Shown piece by piece: positions 9,306 through 20,700 of a stretch of DNA of 64,000 nt. Location: contig CAYQRB010000002.1 in NCBI GenBank assembly GCA_964420145.1, forward strand, positions 4,056-68,055. Reading direction: 5' to 3'. This stretch comes from an uncultured Candidatus Saccharibacteria bacterium (GTDB lineage: Bacteria; Patescibacteriota; Dojkabacteria; B142; OLB20). Under the pieces are notes generated by a model that was not told where the DNA came from, did no database searches, and saw only the letters and a list, made by a program, of their open reading frames with translations. The position numbers and the translations under genes were made by a program. How positions within the stretch are numbered: the first letter of the stretch is position 1; every line of letters begins with the position of its first letter.

Positions 9306-10409
9306 ATGCAAGAAATAAAAGAAAAAATAAAACTACAAGGAGAACGGATTTCAGATATTCAGAAGAAAAAAGATAGATCAGAAATTACTACAGAATTAGA
9401 AAATACAAAGCTTCTTGCTAATGACCAGTCTTTATGGGCTGATCAAGCTAATGCACAAAAGATTATGAAGAAAATAAGTGATCTCGGTGATGAGTTGGAT
9501 ATGTTAGATAGTATAGAAACGAAACTTACAGATATAGAAGTAATGGTAGAGTTACTAGAAGATAAAAGTACTGCTTCGAGTGGGCAAGATATTGAGGTAA
9601 TGAAAGAAATTAATTCTATGGTTAGCGAACTCGATAATATACTCAATAAAATAGAGATTACCACATTTTTAGGAGGAAAATTCGATCAAAGCGATGCGAT
9701 TCTCTCTATCCATGCAGGTCAAGGTGGTACAGAAGCAAATGATTGGAGTGAAATGCTAATGCGAATGTATCTTAAATATTTTCAAAAGCAGGGTTTTGAG
9801 AGTGAGATTACTAATATGATAAGAGGGAATGAAGCAGGGATTAATACAGTAACTATGGAAATCAAGGGACGGTTTGCTTACGGCTATTTAAAAAAGGAAT
9901 ATGGAACACATCGGCTTGTAAGAGTCTCCCCTTTTAATGCACAGGGTCTTAGGCAAACATCGTTTGCTTTGGTTGAAGTGATGCCTATTATAGAAAACGA
10001 TATTGATGTAAACCTAAATATGGACGAGATTGAATTTAGTGCAGTAAGATCTTCGGGTGCAGGAGGACAGAATGTAAATAAAGTGGCTACTGCTGTAAGG
10101 CTAGTACACATACCTACTGGTATTACCGTTTCTTGTTCTACAGAAAGAAGTCAATTACGCAACAAAGAATTTGCTTTGAATATGCTTAAAGGGAAGCTCT
10201 ACAATCTTGAACTAGAAAAGCAAGAAAAAGAACAGAAAGACTTAAAAGGAGAGCACAAAATTGCCGGCTGGGGTAATCAAATTCGCAACTATGTGCTACA
10301 CCCATACAAATTAGTAAAAGATTTGCGTACTGATGTAGAAAGTCAAAATCCTGAAGCTGTTTTGGATGGAAACCTTGAAGAATTTATAGAAGCCGAAATC
10401 CGTCTATAA
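9306..10409 (+). CDS. prfB: Peptide chain release factor 2, encoded without a programmed +1 frameshift
   Basis: SPF tripeptide (VRVSPFNAQG) and the GGQ motif (RSSGAGGQNVNK) are present. A single uninterrupted 367-aa ORF. Confidence 0.9.
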   Translation: MQEIKEKIKLQGERISDIQKKKDRSEITTELENTKLLANDQSLWADQANAQKIMKKISDLGDELDMLDSIETKLTDIEVMVELLEDKSTASSGQDIEVMKEINSMVSELDNILNKIEITTFLGGKFDQSDAILSIHAGQGGTEANDWSEMLMRMYLKYFQKQGFESEITNMIRGNEAGINTVTMEIKGRFAYGYLKKEYGTHRLVRVSPFNAQGLRQTSFALVEVMPIIENDIDVNLNMDEIEFSAVRSSGAGGQNVNKVATAVRLVHIPTGITVSCSTERSQLRNKEFALNMLKGKLYNLELEKQEKEQKDLKGEHKIAGWGNQIRNYVLHPYKLVKDLRTDVESQNPEAVLDGNLEEFIEAEIRL

Positions 10410-10437
10410 TCCTCTAAGGTCGTTTGAACTAAAAAAG

Positions 10438-10887
10438 TTACTTGTATAGTTTGTCTTCATAGGTAGATATTTTTTCTAACCTTCGTATATGCCGTGATTC
10501 CTCGCTAAAAGGGGTGTTCAACCATATTTCTATAATCTTAAAATCGGACTTAGGATTAAATGTTAAGCTGTCAAGGACTAAAATATTTGTATCATCGTCC
10601 GTGCGAGAAAGTTTTGCATGTGTTTCTGACTCACAATACCCTGCTCTCACACCTTTTACCTTATTTGTAGCTATACAGACTCCTATACCAGAACCACAGA
10701 TTATGATCCCTCTTGATTTCTCTTTCACTACTGTTTCGCCTAACATAAAGGCATAGTCAGGATAATCATCATCCCCATCGTATGTATGAGTACCTAAGTC
10801 TATTACTTGATAGTTTTTAGATAAAAGGAAGTTGTTAATCTCTTGTTTTGCATTAAAACCCTTGTGGTCAGAGGCAAGATAGATCAT
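10438..10887 (-). CDS. rpiB: Ribose-5-phosphate isomerase B (RpiB/LacAB family)
   Basis: IYLASDHKGF...DYPDYA...GIIICGSGIGVCIATNK matches RpiB motifs. Confidence 0.85.
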   Translation of the reverse strand: MIYLASDHKGFNAKQEINNFLLSKNYQVIDLGTHTYDGDDDYPDYAFMLGETVVKEKSRGIIICGSGIGVCIATNKVKGVRAGYCESETHAKLSRTDDDTNILVLDSLTFNPKSDFKIIEIWLNTPFSEESRHIRRLEKISTYEDKLYK

Positions 10888-10923
10888 AAGGAATTAAATA
10901 ATCTTTACTCAGTGTAACAGATA

Positions 10924-11550
10924 TTAAGAAATTGTTAAAAATTGTCCTGCAGTGATTAGTGCTTGGCTACCATCTGGAAGAAATCCAATACTAGTAGGAT
11001 TTGTTTCTAGTAATTTGTTCCATTGACTACCATCTCCATAGACTGCCTCTGCAATTTCCCACAGTGTATCGCCTAGTTGAACTTGGTAAGTTCCGGTGGT
11101 TATATCACCTTTTTTGTAATCAGTAGCCCTCCAAACTCCTGTTTGTGAAATTTTCTCAGCAGTTGTTTGCGCTCGTTTAAGGCCTGTTGGAGTAGAGGCC
11201 GTATCTCTTCTGATAGACTCCCCTCCTGCAATACTCCCTTCATCATCTTGGTTTTCTTTGTCCTTAGTGTCTCTATCATCTTGGGCTTTTTCTTCGTTCT
11301 TTTCCTGATTCTCTTGGTTATCTTTAATAAAATCTGGAAAGTTAATACTAACTCTATCTGAGAAAAATGGATAAAATACAAAAAATAATCCCAGAATAAT
11401 AAATACTGTTCCAATTAGTTGGAGGATCCAAGGTTTGATCCTAAGTCGTGAACTCTCGATATCTTTGATAACTGATTTTTCATAACTTTCTTTTGGTTCC
11501 TTTTTTGTTATCTTGTTACCAGGGTTGGATTTAGTAGACTCCTTTTTCAT
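10924..11550 (-). CDS. LysM domain membrane protein
   Basis: N-terminal TM helix, an acidic low-complexity linker, and a C-terminal LysM (YQVQLGDTLWEIAEAVYGDGSQWNKLLETNP). Confidence 0.7.
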   Translation of the reverse strand: MKKESTKSNPGNKITKKEPKESYEKSVIKDIESSRLRIKPWILQLIGTVFIILGLFFVFYPFFSDRVSINFPDFIKDNQENQEKNEEKAQDDRDTKDKENQDDEGSIAGGESIRRDTASTPTGLKRAQTTAEKISQTGVWRATDYKKGDITTGTYQVQLGDTLWEIAEAVYGDGSQWNKLLETNPTSIGFLPDGSQALITAGQFLTIS

Positions 11551-11661
11551 AGAACAATGATGAAAAGTAAGGTTTGGGGTAGTATAAGTATATAATATAA
11601 CAACTACTGTGTGTAAGTAAAGTGATAGGATTTCTAAGTGAATGTAGTTATTGATATTATC

Positions 11662-11690
11662 TTGCTAAATTTATCTCAAATTGCTAGAAT
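11662..11690 (+). promoter_or_regulatory. Putative sigma70-like promoter for rpsT
   Basis: TTGCTA (-35), a 17-nt spacer, then TAGAAT (-10), about 35 nt upstream of the rpsT ATG. Sequence pattern only. Confidence 0.25.
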
Positions 11691-11724
11691 CATAAGTGTT
11701 TTAATCCTAAAATAAATTACTGAA

Positions 11725-11994
11725 ATGGCAAATACGAAATCAGCAAAAAAAGCTATACGAGTTAGCTCAAGAAAGAAAAAGGTTAATATAGTGACAAAGA
11801 AGTCATATAGAGAAGCAAAGGCAGATGTTATGAAGGCTGTTTCTTCCAACGAACCACAAAAAGCCAAGAAATTATTAGTAAAGGCATATAGCGAAATAGA
11901 CACCGCAGCCAAAAAAGGTGTTCTCCATAAAAACACTGCCGATAGGTATAAATCAAGGTTAGCGATCCAGGTTAACAATCTAGGAGATAAGTAA
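11725..11994 (+). CDS. rpsT: 30S ribosomal protein S20
   Basis: MANTKSAKKAIRVSSRKKKVN... matches S20. 89 aa, basic. Confidence 0.9.
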   Translation: MANTKSAKKAIRVSSRKKKVNIVTKKSYREAKADVMKAVSSNEPQKAKKLLVKAYSEIDTAAKKGVLHKNTADRYKSRLAIQVNNLGDK

Positions 11995-12051
11995 GCAATT
12001 GAACATCTCTTGGTTTACTGTTAATATTGGAGAAATATATCGTACTTAACT

Positions 12052-12585
12052 ATGAAAGTTACTCAGTCTTTTGTAACGCCTTTTGTGGCATTGATTATTG
12101 GAAAAATACTAGGAATACTGTTTACCTCTGTGGTCTTTTCTCTAGATATTGGAATTGGAGATATATTCTCTTTATTCAAATTAATGATAGCTTTTGATGA
12201 GGACGAAAAGCTGATTCACCTATCCTCTTATTCTGATTTATTTATGTTTACTATCCTTAGTACAGGACTTGTAGCAAGTTTATTCTCTCAAGTTAACCTT
12301 ACTAGTCAACGGCTAACCAAAAAAGACCTTGAGCTCTATTTTCAAGGAGGGATTAAAAATATATTTCATACAGCAATGAGACTTTACGGACAGTCATTGT
12401 TTTGGTTTAGTTTTATCATTATAGCAAGTACTTATATTTTGTATAATGTACTTACTGGAAAAACCTATCTTTGGATATATTTGATTACACTGTTACTTAC
12501 CATATCTTTAGCGATGTACTTCTACTATGACTTCCACAAAGAAGTTCAGTTAGCTAAAAACAAATTATTCAAAAATGAGTTGTGA
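12052..12585 (+). CDS. Hypothetical integral membrane protein (about 4 TM helices)
   Basis: Hydrophobic segments only; no recognisable motif. Ends in TGA, overlapping the GTG start of the next gene. Confidence 0.4.
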   Translation: MKVTQSFVTPFVALIIGKILGILFTSVVFSLDIGIGDIFSLFKLMIAFDEDEKLIHLSSYSDLFMFTILSTGLVASLFSQVNLTSQRLTKKDLELYFQGGIKNIFHTAMRLYGQSLFWFSFIIIASTYILYNVLTGKTYLWIYLITLLLTISLAMYFYYDFHKEVQLAKNKLFKNEL

Positions 12586-13676
12586 ATACAGAAAATATTA
12601 AAATAGAAATTACACTAAAGTCACTGGTTCTAATAACTGTATTTATTTTAAGTATTGTTATCATCTGGCAACTAAGATTAGTCTTTTTCTTCTTGTTTTT
12701 TGCTTTTGTCCTCAACTCTGCCCTTAGGCCATATGTGGATTATTTTCAGACCAAAAGGATTCCTCGTGTTGTTTCTATAGCACTTATTTATATCATACTA
12801 TTCCTAGTATTTAGTATTGTGACGCTAACACTTTTTGGAGATACTGTCGAGCAACTCAAAAACTTGATAATGTTAATGCCACAGTTGATTTCAAATATCA
12901 TAGCTGAGCTGTTTAATATATTTCCCTTCCTTGAGGAAATAATTGATTTACAGGAGTTTCGTAGTGAGTTTATCCGTGAAATAACTAATTTTATCAGACT
13001 GATAGGAGGTGGATTGTTGGGAGCCTATACAATCATAAATTCTGCAGTTACAAGTATTGGAGGGGCTATCACTATAGTTATGCTCTCTATTTATATGCTG
13101 GTGCGTAAAAGAGAGGTTTATCTTAGTATAATTAATTTCTTACCGATCACAAAGGAAAGTAAGAAAGTTTATACTCAGAGGTTTAAGTTGGTAGAAGAAA
13201 AACTAGGAGAATGGGTAAGAGCTCAGATTTTCCTTATGGCTTTTATTGGTGTTTTCACCTGGTTTGGGCTAGTTACCCCAGTGATTTTTTTTGAAAATTA
13301 TAATATGAACCAATATGCATTACCTATTGCTTTCATAGCCGGTATTTTAGAAGCTATTCCAACTTTGGGACCGATATTGACGGCAATAATTGCTGTTATA
13401 ATAGCTATTGGTTCTGGGTCGAGTTTAGCAGTGGTGATATATGTGGTTTTACTCTTTTACCTTATCCAGCAACTCGAAGCCTCGGTAATCTTTCCTAATA
13501 TAATGGCCAAGGTGGTAGGAGTTGATCCCATTGTATCAATAATTAGTGTGATTGGTGCATATATACTTTTTGGAGTTTTGGGGGCTATTTTTATCATACC
13601 CATAATTGCAGTTGGAAGGATTCTAATTAGTCCTGAAATTGATAACCTTGTAAATAGTCCTCAAGAATCCGATTAG
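12582..13676 (+). CDS. AI-2E family transporter (PerM/UPF0118)
   Basis: Polytopic membrane protein with the C-terminal block LIQQLEASVIFPNIMAKVVGVDPIVSIISVIGAYILFGVLGAIFIIPIIAV, typical of AI-2E. GTG start. Terminal TAG is immediately followed by TAA. Confidence 0.75.
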   Translation: MNTENIKIEITLKSLVLITVFILSIVIIWQLRLVFFFLFFAFVLNSALRPYVDYFQTKRIPRVVSIALIYIILFLVFSIVTLTLFGDTVEQLKNLIMLMPQLISNIIAELFNIFPFLEEIIDLQEFRSEFIREITNFIRLIGGGLLGAYTIINSAVTSIGGAITIVMLSIYMLVRKREVYLSIINFLPITKESKKVYTQRFKLVEEKLGEWVRAQIFLMAFIGVFTWFGLVTPVIFFENYNMNQYALPIAFIAGILEAIPTLGPILTAIIAVIIAIGSGSSLAVVIYVVLLFYLIQQLEASVIFPNIMAKVVGVDPIVSIISVIGAYILFGVLGAIFIIPIIAVGRILISPEIDNLVNSPQESD

Positions 13677-13699
13677 TAAAAGTTCTCCCCTATTAGTTT

Positions 13700-15832
13700 T
13701 TAGAGAGTAGCTTTTTTCCCTGAAAGTTTCTCGTAAATATCACGCATTTCTGCTGCAAGTTCAAACTCCATCATATCAGCATAGACCAGCATTTGGGTAC
13801 GAATATCTTCTAGTAGTCTTTGTTGTTCGTTTTTCTTGATGATATTGTAGCTTTCGGCTCTTTTTAGGATGTCTAAATCCGCTTTAGGTAAAGTTTTCTC
13901 TGTCTTTGTTTTACCAACCAGTTGGGTACGGATTTCTTTTGTGATTGTTTTAGGAGTTATATGATGTTTAATATTATATTTATTTTGAATTTCTCTCCTA
14001 CGGAATGTTTCAGTTATTGCCTGATCCATACTTTCGGTAACTTTTTGTGCATACATTATAACTCTACCCTCACTATGTCTAGCAGCTCTCCCTATGATTT
14101 GAATTAAACTCGATGAAGTTCGTAGAAAGCCCTCTTTATCAGCATCGAGAATTGCTACCAAGGAAACTTCTGGTAAATCCAGACCCTCTCTTAAAAGATT
14201 GACGCCGACTAACACATCATATTTCCCAAGCCTGAGGTTTTTTAGGATTTCTACTCTCTCTAATGCATCTACATCTGAATGTATATATTGTACAGAGATT
14301 TTAATGTCTCTTAGATAATCAGTAAGGTCCTCAGCCATTTTTTTTGTGAGGGTAGTTATCAACACTCTTTGTTTTTTATTTATTGTATCTTGTATTTCGA
14401 TTAGTAAATCATCTACTTGATTCTTGGGGGAATAGTTTTTTTCTAGAATAGACATATTTGGATATTTCCGATTTTTTATGCTTTTAATTAGTTTCTCTTT
14501 ATGTTCTATGAGATCAGGACGCAGATCTATTCGAGGATCCAAGAGTCCTGTGGGCCGTATTAGTTGTTCTACAAAACCACGGTAAGAACTGGGCATATTT
14601 TTAGGTTTTATAGTGTTTACACTTTGCTTGCTTTTTTCTAGTTCAAAGTTACGAGGTGTTGCAGAAACATATATTGCCTGGTTGATTCTTTTGTAGAATT
14701 CCTCAATCTTTAAGGGACGGTTATCGAGTGCAGCTTTAAGCCTAAATCCGTACTCTACTAAAACTTCTTTGCGTGAGCGATCCCCATTATACATACCCTG
14801 TACTTGTGGTAGTGTCATATGTGACTCATCTATAAAAAGTAACCAATCATCAGGGAAATAGTCTAATAGAGTTGATGGAGGGGAACCAGCTGATCTTTTA
14901 TCGATATACCTCGAATAGTTTTCGATCCCAGAACAATAGCCTATTTGCTCAAGCATCTCTATATCGTAATTAACCCTTTCGTTTAATCTTTGTGCTTCAA
15001 CTATTTTCCTCTTTTTCTTAAAATCTGCTACTTCTTTTTTTAGATCATCTTTTATATTCGGAATTACTTGCTTTAAAGATTCAAAAGGGGTTACAAAATG
15101 TTTTGCGGGATATATCTTAAATTCTGATAGTTTTTTAATTACCTCTCCTGAGAGTGGGTTGATAAGTTTCAAAGATTCTATTATATCTCCAAAATATTCC
15201 ATCCTCAGTGCATAATCTCCAGAAGCTAAATAAACATCAATAACATCTCCTCTTATCCTGTAGAGGCCAGAGTAAAAATCATATTCACTTCGTTCGTATT
15301 GCATATCATTTAGTTGAGTTAAAAGCTTTGATCGCTTATAAGACATACCTGTTTTAATATCTCTACTTAGTGCAAAGTAGTCATCAGGGTTTCCTAACCC
15401 ATAAATACATGAAACTGAAGCGACTATAATTGTTGGGTGGTTACTTAGTAGAGATTGTGTTTCAGAATTCCGATTTCTCTCTATAAATTCATTAAGCGTT
15501 GATTCTTTTTATATATACTAGTCTCGTCTTGTGATATAGGCTTCTGGTTGATAATAGTCATAGTAAGAGACAAAATATTCTACTGCAGTCTCGGGAAAAT
15601 ATTCCCTAAATTCTGAATATAATTGGGCAGCTAATGTTTTATTGTGTGCAAGGACAAGAGTAGGTTTTTGTATATTGGCTATAATATTAGCCATAGTAAA
15701 AGTTTTCCCAGAGCCGGTAACTCCTATTAGTGTTTGATGTTCCAAACCGTTTTTAATACCTGCGCTTAAAATATCTATAGCTTGTTGTTGATCTCCTGCT
15801 GGTTTGTATTGACTTTTTAAGTGGTATTTCAT
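13700..15832 (-). pseudogene. uvrB: Excinuclease ABC subunit B (uvrB) interrupted by two in-frame stops (TAG at 15518-15520, TAA at 15509-15511); otherwise full-length and collinear
   Basis: N-piece (15518..15832) reads [19 protein letters not shown]...[10 protein letters not shown]...[12 protein letters not shown]. In the same frame it continues *YI*KESTLNEFIERNR...IIVASVSCIYGLGNPDDY...RGDVIDVY... (13700..15346). This aligns residue-for-residue with the UvrB block DT[FY]IEKDASINE: TAG sits on the Thr position and TAA on the Glu. Confidence 0.8.
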
Positions 15833-15838
15833 TATTTA

Positions 15839-16999
15839 CTAATTTTTAGGATTATTGTTAACTAACTGCTTCATAAACTCACTATAAAAGTGTAGATTGT
15901 GTATTGTTGCCAATCGGTAACCACTTCCCTCCCCTATTTTAAGTAAATATCGCAAAAATGCCCTAGATATTGTTTTACAAGCGATACAACCACATTTGGG
16001 GTCTATTGGCCCCTCATCAAACTCATATCGAGAGTGTTTAATTCGTAAAACAGAATATCTACTAAACTCACCATCTTCGTTGTTTTTACTAATATAAAGA
16101 TAGCCATGTCTGGCGTTTCTAGTAGGTAAAACTGTATCAAACATATCCCAGCCGATAGAGATTGCGTATTCGATATTATCTGGAGTTCCAACTCCTAGTG
16201 CATAGCGGAGTTTATTTTGTGGAATAATTTCAGAAAGAAAGTGTAATAACTCTTTAAAAAAACCACCTTTGTGAGTATAATCCCAACTTCGTTTGGTTTG
16301 TAGAGGAACTCCTCCAAATCCATAAATATCAAAACCAATATTTTCTAGAGCTTCTAGGCTTTTTTTTCGTTGTTCAAAATTATTTGCCCCCTGAATTACT
16401 GCTGTTAAAAGAGGTCGTTTAACTTTTGGGTTATTAAAATCATTCTCAGTTAATTGATTTAGTTCCAAAAAAGCTTTTTTAGAACGAATAGCCCACTGTG
16501 TCGTCCTCTCTACTGATTTTTTAATTTTTGAAAGGCTAGTATCCCCAAGCACTGGTTCATCTAAGACAACCCTAATGTCTGATCCAATCTGATGTTGAAT
16601 TTGTTGAGAGGTTTCAGGAGACAGAAATTTATAATCCCCACTTCGTAAGTCCTGAAAACTACACCCAGCATCAGTGATTTTATTAGTTTTGTTTGTAGTT
16701 CTGTTTATCAAAGAAAAGACCTGAAATCCACCACTGTCGGTTAATATAGGATTTTTCCATTTTGAGAATTTATGAAGTCCTCCTAGTTTGGCAATCTTGT
16801 CGCTTCCAAACTTCTGATCAAGGTGTAGAGTATTTGTTACAATTGCTTTCACCCCTGTTAATTCAAGATCTCGATAACTCAGGTTGCTTATTGTTCCATA
16901 GGTAGCATCGGGCATAAATACAGGGAAACTCAAATCGCCGTGTAGAGTTCTGATATATCCATATCTTTTGTTAGTTTGGTTGGTGTTAATACTTATCAT
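15839..16999 (-). CDS. tgt: Queuine tRNA-ribosyltransferase
   Basis: FMPDATYGT...ILTDSGGFQVFSL and the C-terminal zinc site CGCIACK...H. Terminal TAG is immediately followed by TAA. Confidence 0.9.
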   Translation of the reverse strand: MISINTNQTNKRYGYIRTLHGDLSFPVFMPDATYGTISNLSYRDLELTGVKAIVTNTLHLDQKFGSDKIAKLGGLHKFSKWKNPILTDSGGFQVFSLINRTTNKTNKITDAGCSFQDLRSGDYKFLSPETSQQIQHQIGSDIRVVLDEPVLGDTSLSKIKKSVERTTQWAIRSKKAFLELNQLTENDFNNPKVKRPLLTAVIQGANNFEQRKKSLEALENIGFDIYGFGGVPLQTKRSWDYTHKGGFFKELLHFLSEIIPQNKLRYALGVGTPDNIEYAISIGWDMFDTVLPTRNARHGYLYISKNNEDGEFSRYSVLRIKHSRYEFDEGPIDPKCGCIACKTISRAFLRYLLKIGEGSGYRLATIHNLHFYSEFMKQLVNNNPKN

Positions 17000-17002
17000 A
17001 AA

Positions 17003-17779
17003 TCAGAGATTTAATTTTTTCTGTAAATCAATCCAGTTTTCCAAAGTAAGCTCTCCTGCTCTTATGGTAGGACTTAAATTCAGAGTAGATAAAACTTCTA
17101 ACACATTGTTTTTTTCGTAATTTTTTAAATTACTCGCAACGATTTTTCGTGGAGAAGAAAAACCTGTGCGAATCAGAGACCAGAGTATTTCGTGATTAGA
17201 AACTTTTGGTTTAATATTCTTAAAAGTTATTATCTGTCCGTCAACTTTTGGTACTGGATAAAATGATTTGGCACTAATCACTTTATCTAGTTTTACATCA
17301 GAATAAATGTTTGCGAAATTGCTTAGTAATGTCGCTTTTGGAGGTTTGAAGGCATATTCTTGGGCTACTTCTTTCTGAATGATAAAGCTAATTTTATCAG
17401 GCTTATTTGTAGCAGTAAGTAAATTATAAATAATTTTTTTTGAGACATTATAGGGTAGTGAACCTATAACTTTGTATTTTTCCCTTTGAGTAATCCGGTT
17501 TAGATTTATTTTTAAAAAATCCTGGTTGATTATATTGACTTGCGGATATTTGGAACTTAGGTAATTAATTAAATTGCTATCTTTTTCTATTAAAACTAAA
17601 TTATTAACAACTTTAACTAGCTCATCGGTTAATGCACCTTGTCCTGGACCAATCTCTATTACTAAATCATTTTTTTGTAAATCCAATAATTTCAATAAGT
17701 CTTGAATAGCAGATTTGTTTTTAAGAAAGTTTTGTCCTAGGCTTTTCTTGAAGATGTGGAAACCATTTTTATTGTTCAC
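17003..17779 (-). CDS. rsmA: 16S rRNA (adenine1518/1519-N6)-dimethyltransferase RsmA/KsgA
   Basis: LGQNFL...VIEIGPGQGALT...LIEKD matches KsgA motifs. Ends in TGA. Confidence 0.85.
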   Translation of the reverse strand: MNNKNGFHIFKKSLGQNFLKNKSAIQDLLKLLDLQKNDLVIEIGPGQGALTDELVKVVNNLVLIEKDSNLINYLSSKYPQVNIINQDFLKINLNRITQREKYKVIGSLPYNVSKKIIYNLLTATNKPDKISFIIQKEVAQEYAFKPPKATLLSNFANIYSDVKLDKVISAKSFYPVPKVDGQIITFKNIKPKVSNHEILWSLIRTGFSSPRKIVASNLKNYEKNNVLEVLSTLNLSPTIRAGELTLENWIDLQKKLNL

Positions 17780-20700
17780 TTTGTATATATTTTTTTAATA
17801 GTGTAATAAATTCGGGAGTAAGATTAACTTTCTTTTCTATACTTTTTTTAGTTTTGTTATCTCCGTAAAAAATTATTAATTTTACTCTTCCCGGGTTCTG
17901 GATTATAGCGTCTTTTATACTTTGTAGTCTATTCTTATCATTTTCTTCCGAGATATCAATAACCATTGTATTTTGAGATTTAATCTTATCAGCTTTTGCC
18001 ACATCATTTATGACCAGACTAAGCTCATCATTGCGTGTACTCATCGAGGCTTCTATAAATATAACACTATTTTCAATAAGCTCTGAGCTGATTTTCTCAT
18101 AAGTATCAGGAAATATTACTCCATCTATTTTTCCCTCCTTATCTTCAAGTTCAACAAATGCCATAGCCTTTGAGCTTTTTTTGGTGTATATCTTTTTTAC
18201 TTTAGATAAAAATACGATTAGTTTTACCTTAGTACCAGATGATAGCTTTTTTACTTTCTCAAGTGTTGTGAAGTTATTAAGGAAGATTAGCCTGCTATAT
18301 TTATCAATAGGGTGTTTACTAAGATAAACTCCTAGTAGTTCTCTTTCCCAATTCAATTTTTCGCTATCAGTGTCTTGGATAGTATTTGGTAGGGAGGTTG
18401 CGTGTATTTTTATATCTTCTGGTGTTCCACCAAATAGCATAGCTTGTCCTCCTAGCGTTGCTTCTTCGTTCTTTTTCACTTTCAAAAGTATGGTTGGTAA
18501 TACTTCTAACAACTGATTTCTTGATCCGAACTTATCAAAAGCACCTACTTTGATAAGGTTTTCTATGTCTTTTTTAGATATATTTTTTCCACCTACTTGT
18601 ATAATGAACTCATCTAGATTTTGAAAAGTACCGTTTTTTTCTCGGGTGTATATTATATTATCTATTGATTTAGAGGAAACGCCTTTTATGCCAGCTAGTC
18701 CATATCGGATCATTTTATCATTTTCAATTTTAAAGTCAGATGTACTTTTGTTGATATCAGGAGGAAGTAGATTAATCCCCATTCGTTTTGCTTCTTTTAA
18801 ATCTCTTTCGAGTTTATCAATCGTATTGATATCGGTTTCTATGAGACCTGCTAAAAACTCGAGTGGGAAATGGGCTTTTAAGTAGGCAGTTTGATAGGCA
18901 ATTAGAGAGTATGCAGCGCTATGGGATTTATTAAAACCGTAATCTGCAAAAGGTTCTAAGTATGAAAAAATCTTCTCCGCTATTTCTTGCTTTTGGCCAT
19001 TTTTAACAGCTTTTTTGAAAAACAGTTCTTTTTCTTTTGCCATTACTTCTGGTTTTTTCTTCCCCATTGCTCGTCTAAGCATATCTGCTTCTCCGAGAGA
19101 GTAGTTGGCAAACTTTACAGCAATATTTATAACTTGTTCTTGATAGATTGCAAAACCAAAAGTATTTTTAAGAATTGGTTCTAAAGAAGGATGGATATAG
19201 TCAACTTTTTGCTTACCTTCCCTTCGAAGAATATAGTCAGGGATATATTTCATAGGTCCTGGTCGATATGCAGCATTTAAGAAAATCAGATCTTCAAATT
19301 TATTTGGTTTTAGGTCTTTTAGATATTTTTTCATTCCTTCGGACTCAAATTGAAAAATTCCTGTTGTATTACCTTTTTGGAATAGTTCGTAAGTCTTTGA
19401 ATCATCAAGAGGGAGTTTGTTTATCTTTATAGTTTTCCCTTGAGATCTTTTGATTTGTTTTAGTGTATTTTGTATAACTGTGAGGTTAGAAAGCCCTAAA
19501 AAATCAAACTTCATCAGTCCTAGATATTCAATATTGTGTCCTTCTACCTGCGTGATGAGCTTATCTCCACGCATTTCCTTTTGGATAGGCACATAGTTTG
19601 TAATGGGGGCTGGTGTTACTAGGTAGCCACAAGCGTGTGTGGATACATGTCTAGCAAGGTTTTCGAGTTTAGAAACATAAGAAGCTAGTTCTTCGAGTTC
19701 ATCTGAATTTTTGATAATATCATCAAATTCTTTTACCTCAGCTCTCATCTTTTCGATACTATACACTCTGCCAAATTTAACTATTACCATTTTAGAGAGT
19801 TGGTCGGCAATTTGTAGATCAATTCCCATAACTCTTGCAACATCTCTTATCGCAGCTTTTGTTTTTAGTCGTCCAAAAGTACCAATAAAGCTTGTATTAT
19901 CTACCCCGTATTTCTCTGACATATAGTGGAATAGCTCGTCTCTACGATCATCTTGGAAGTCTATATCAAAATCTGGTGGAGATGGTCTCTCGGGGTTTAA
20001 AAACCGTTCAAAGATTAAATCAAATTCAAAGGGGTCTAACTCTGTAATACCTAATATGTAAGATACCACACTTCCGGCTCCAGAACCCCTACCCGGTCCG
20101 ACCATAATACCTTGTGATCTTGCCCAGTCAACATAGTCTTCGACTACTAAAAAATAATCATCGTACCCTTTTTCGTGAATAGTTTTAAGTTCGTAGTCAA
20201 TCCGTTCTTGAAGTTCTGGTGTAAGCGTTTCGTATCGTTGGGGGAGTTTGGTAAAAACATTTGTTTTGAGCTTTTCTTGTGTTTTGTTGGGGGAGAGGGT
20301 TTGGTCGTATTTAGGCTGTACCCGCTCAAACATAATATTATACTCCTCTACACTATCAGCTAGCCTTTGTGTATTTGTAACTGCATCAGGATAATCTGAA
20401 AATAGTTTTTTGAGTTCATCAGTATTTTTAATGTAGAATTCAGTTGATCCATACTGTCTCCTCATCGGATCATCTAGTTTTTTCCCGTCATTTATACACC
20501 AAACTATTTCTTGAACTTTATGATCTTCCTGCTCTATGTAATGAGTATCACAGGTCGCAACATAGGAGATATTGAGATCTTGTGCTATTTTAATTTGTTT
20601 AGGTATTAGGTTATGTGATTCTTCAATACCATTTCTTTGGAGTTCTATATAGACTTCATCACATGATTTTTGGAGAAATTTAATCCAATCTATTGCCTTT

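Noticed and set aside
695-17779. Alternative genetic code 25 (UGA=Gly), as used by some Patescibacteria (Gracilibacteria/Absconditabacteria)
   Set aside because: TGA clearly terminates several conserved genes at their expected ends (truB, rsmA, the 12052 ORF, the tandem MTase), and RF2, which reads UGA, is present. The standard code 11 fits; only TAG behaves oddly.
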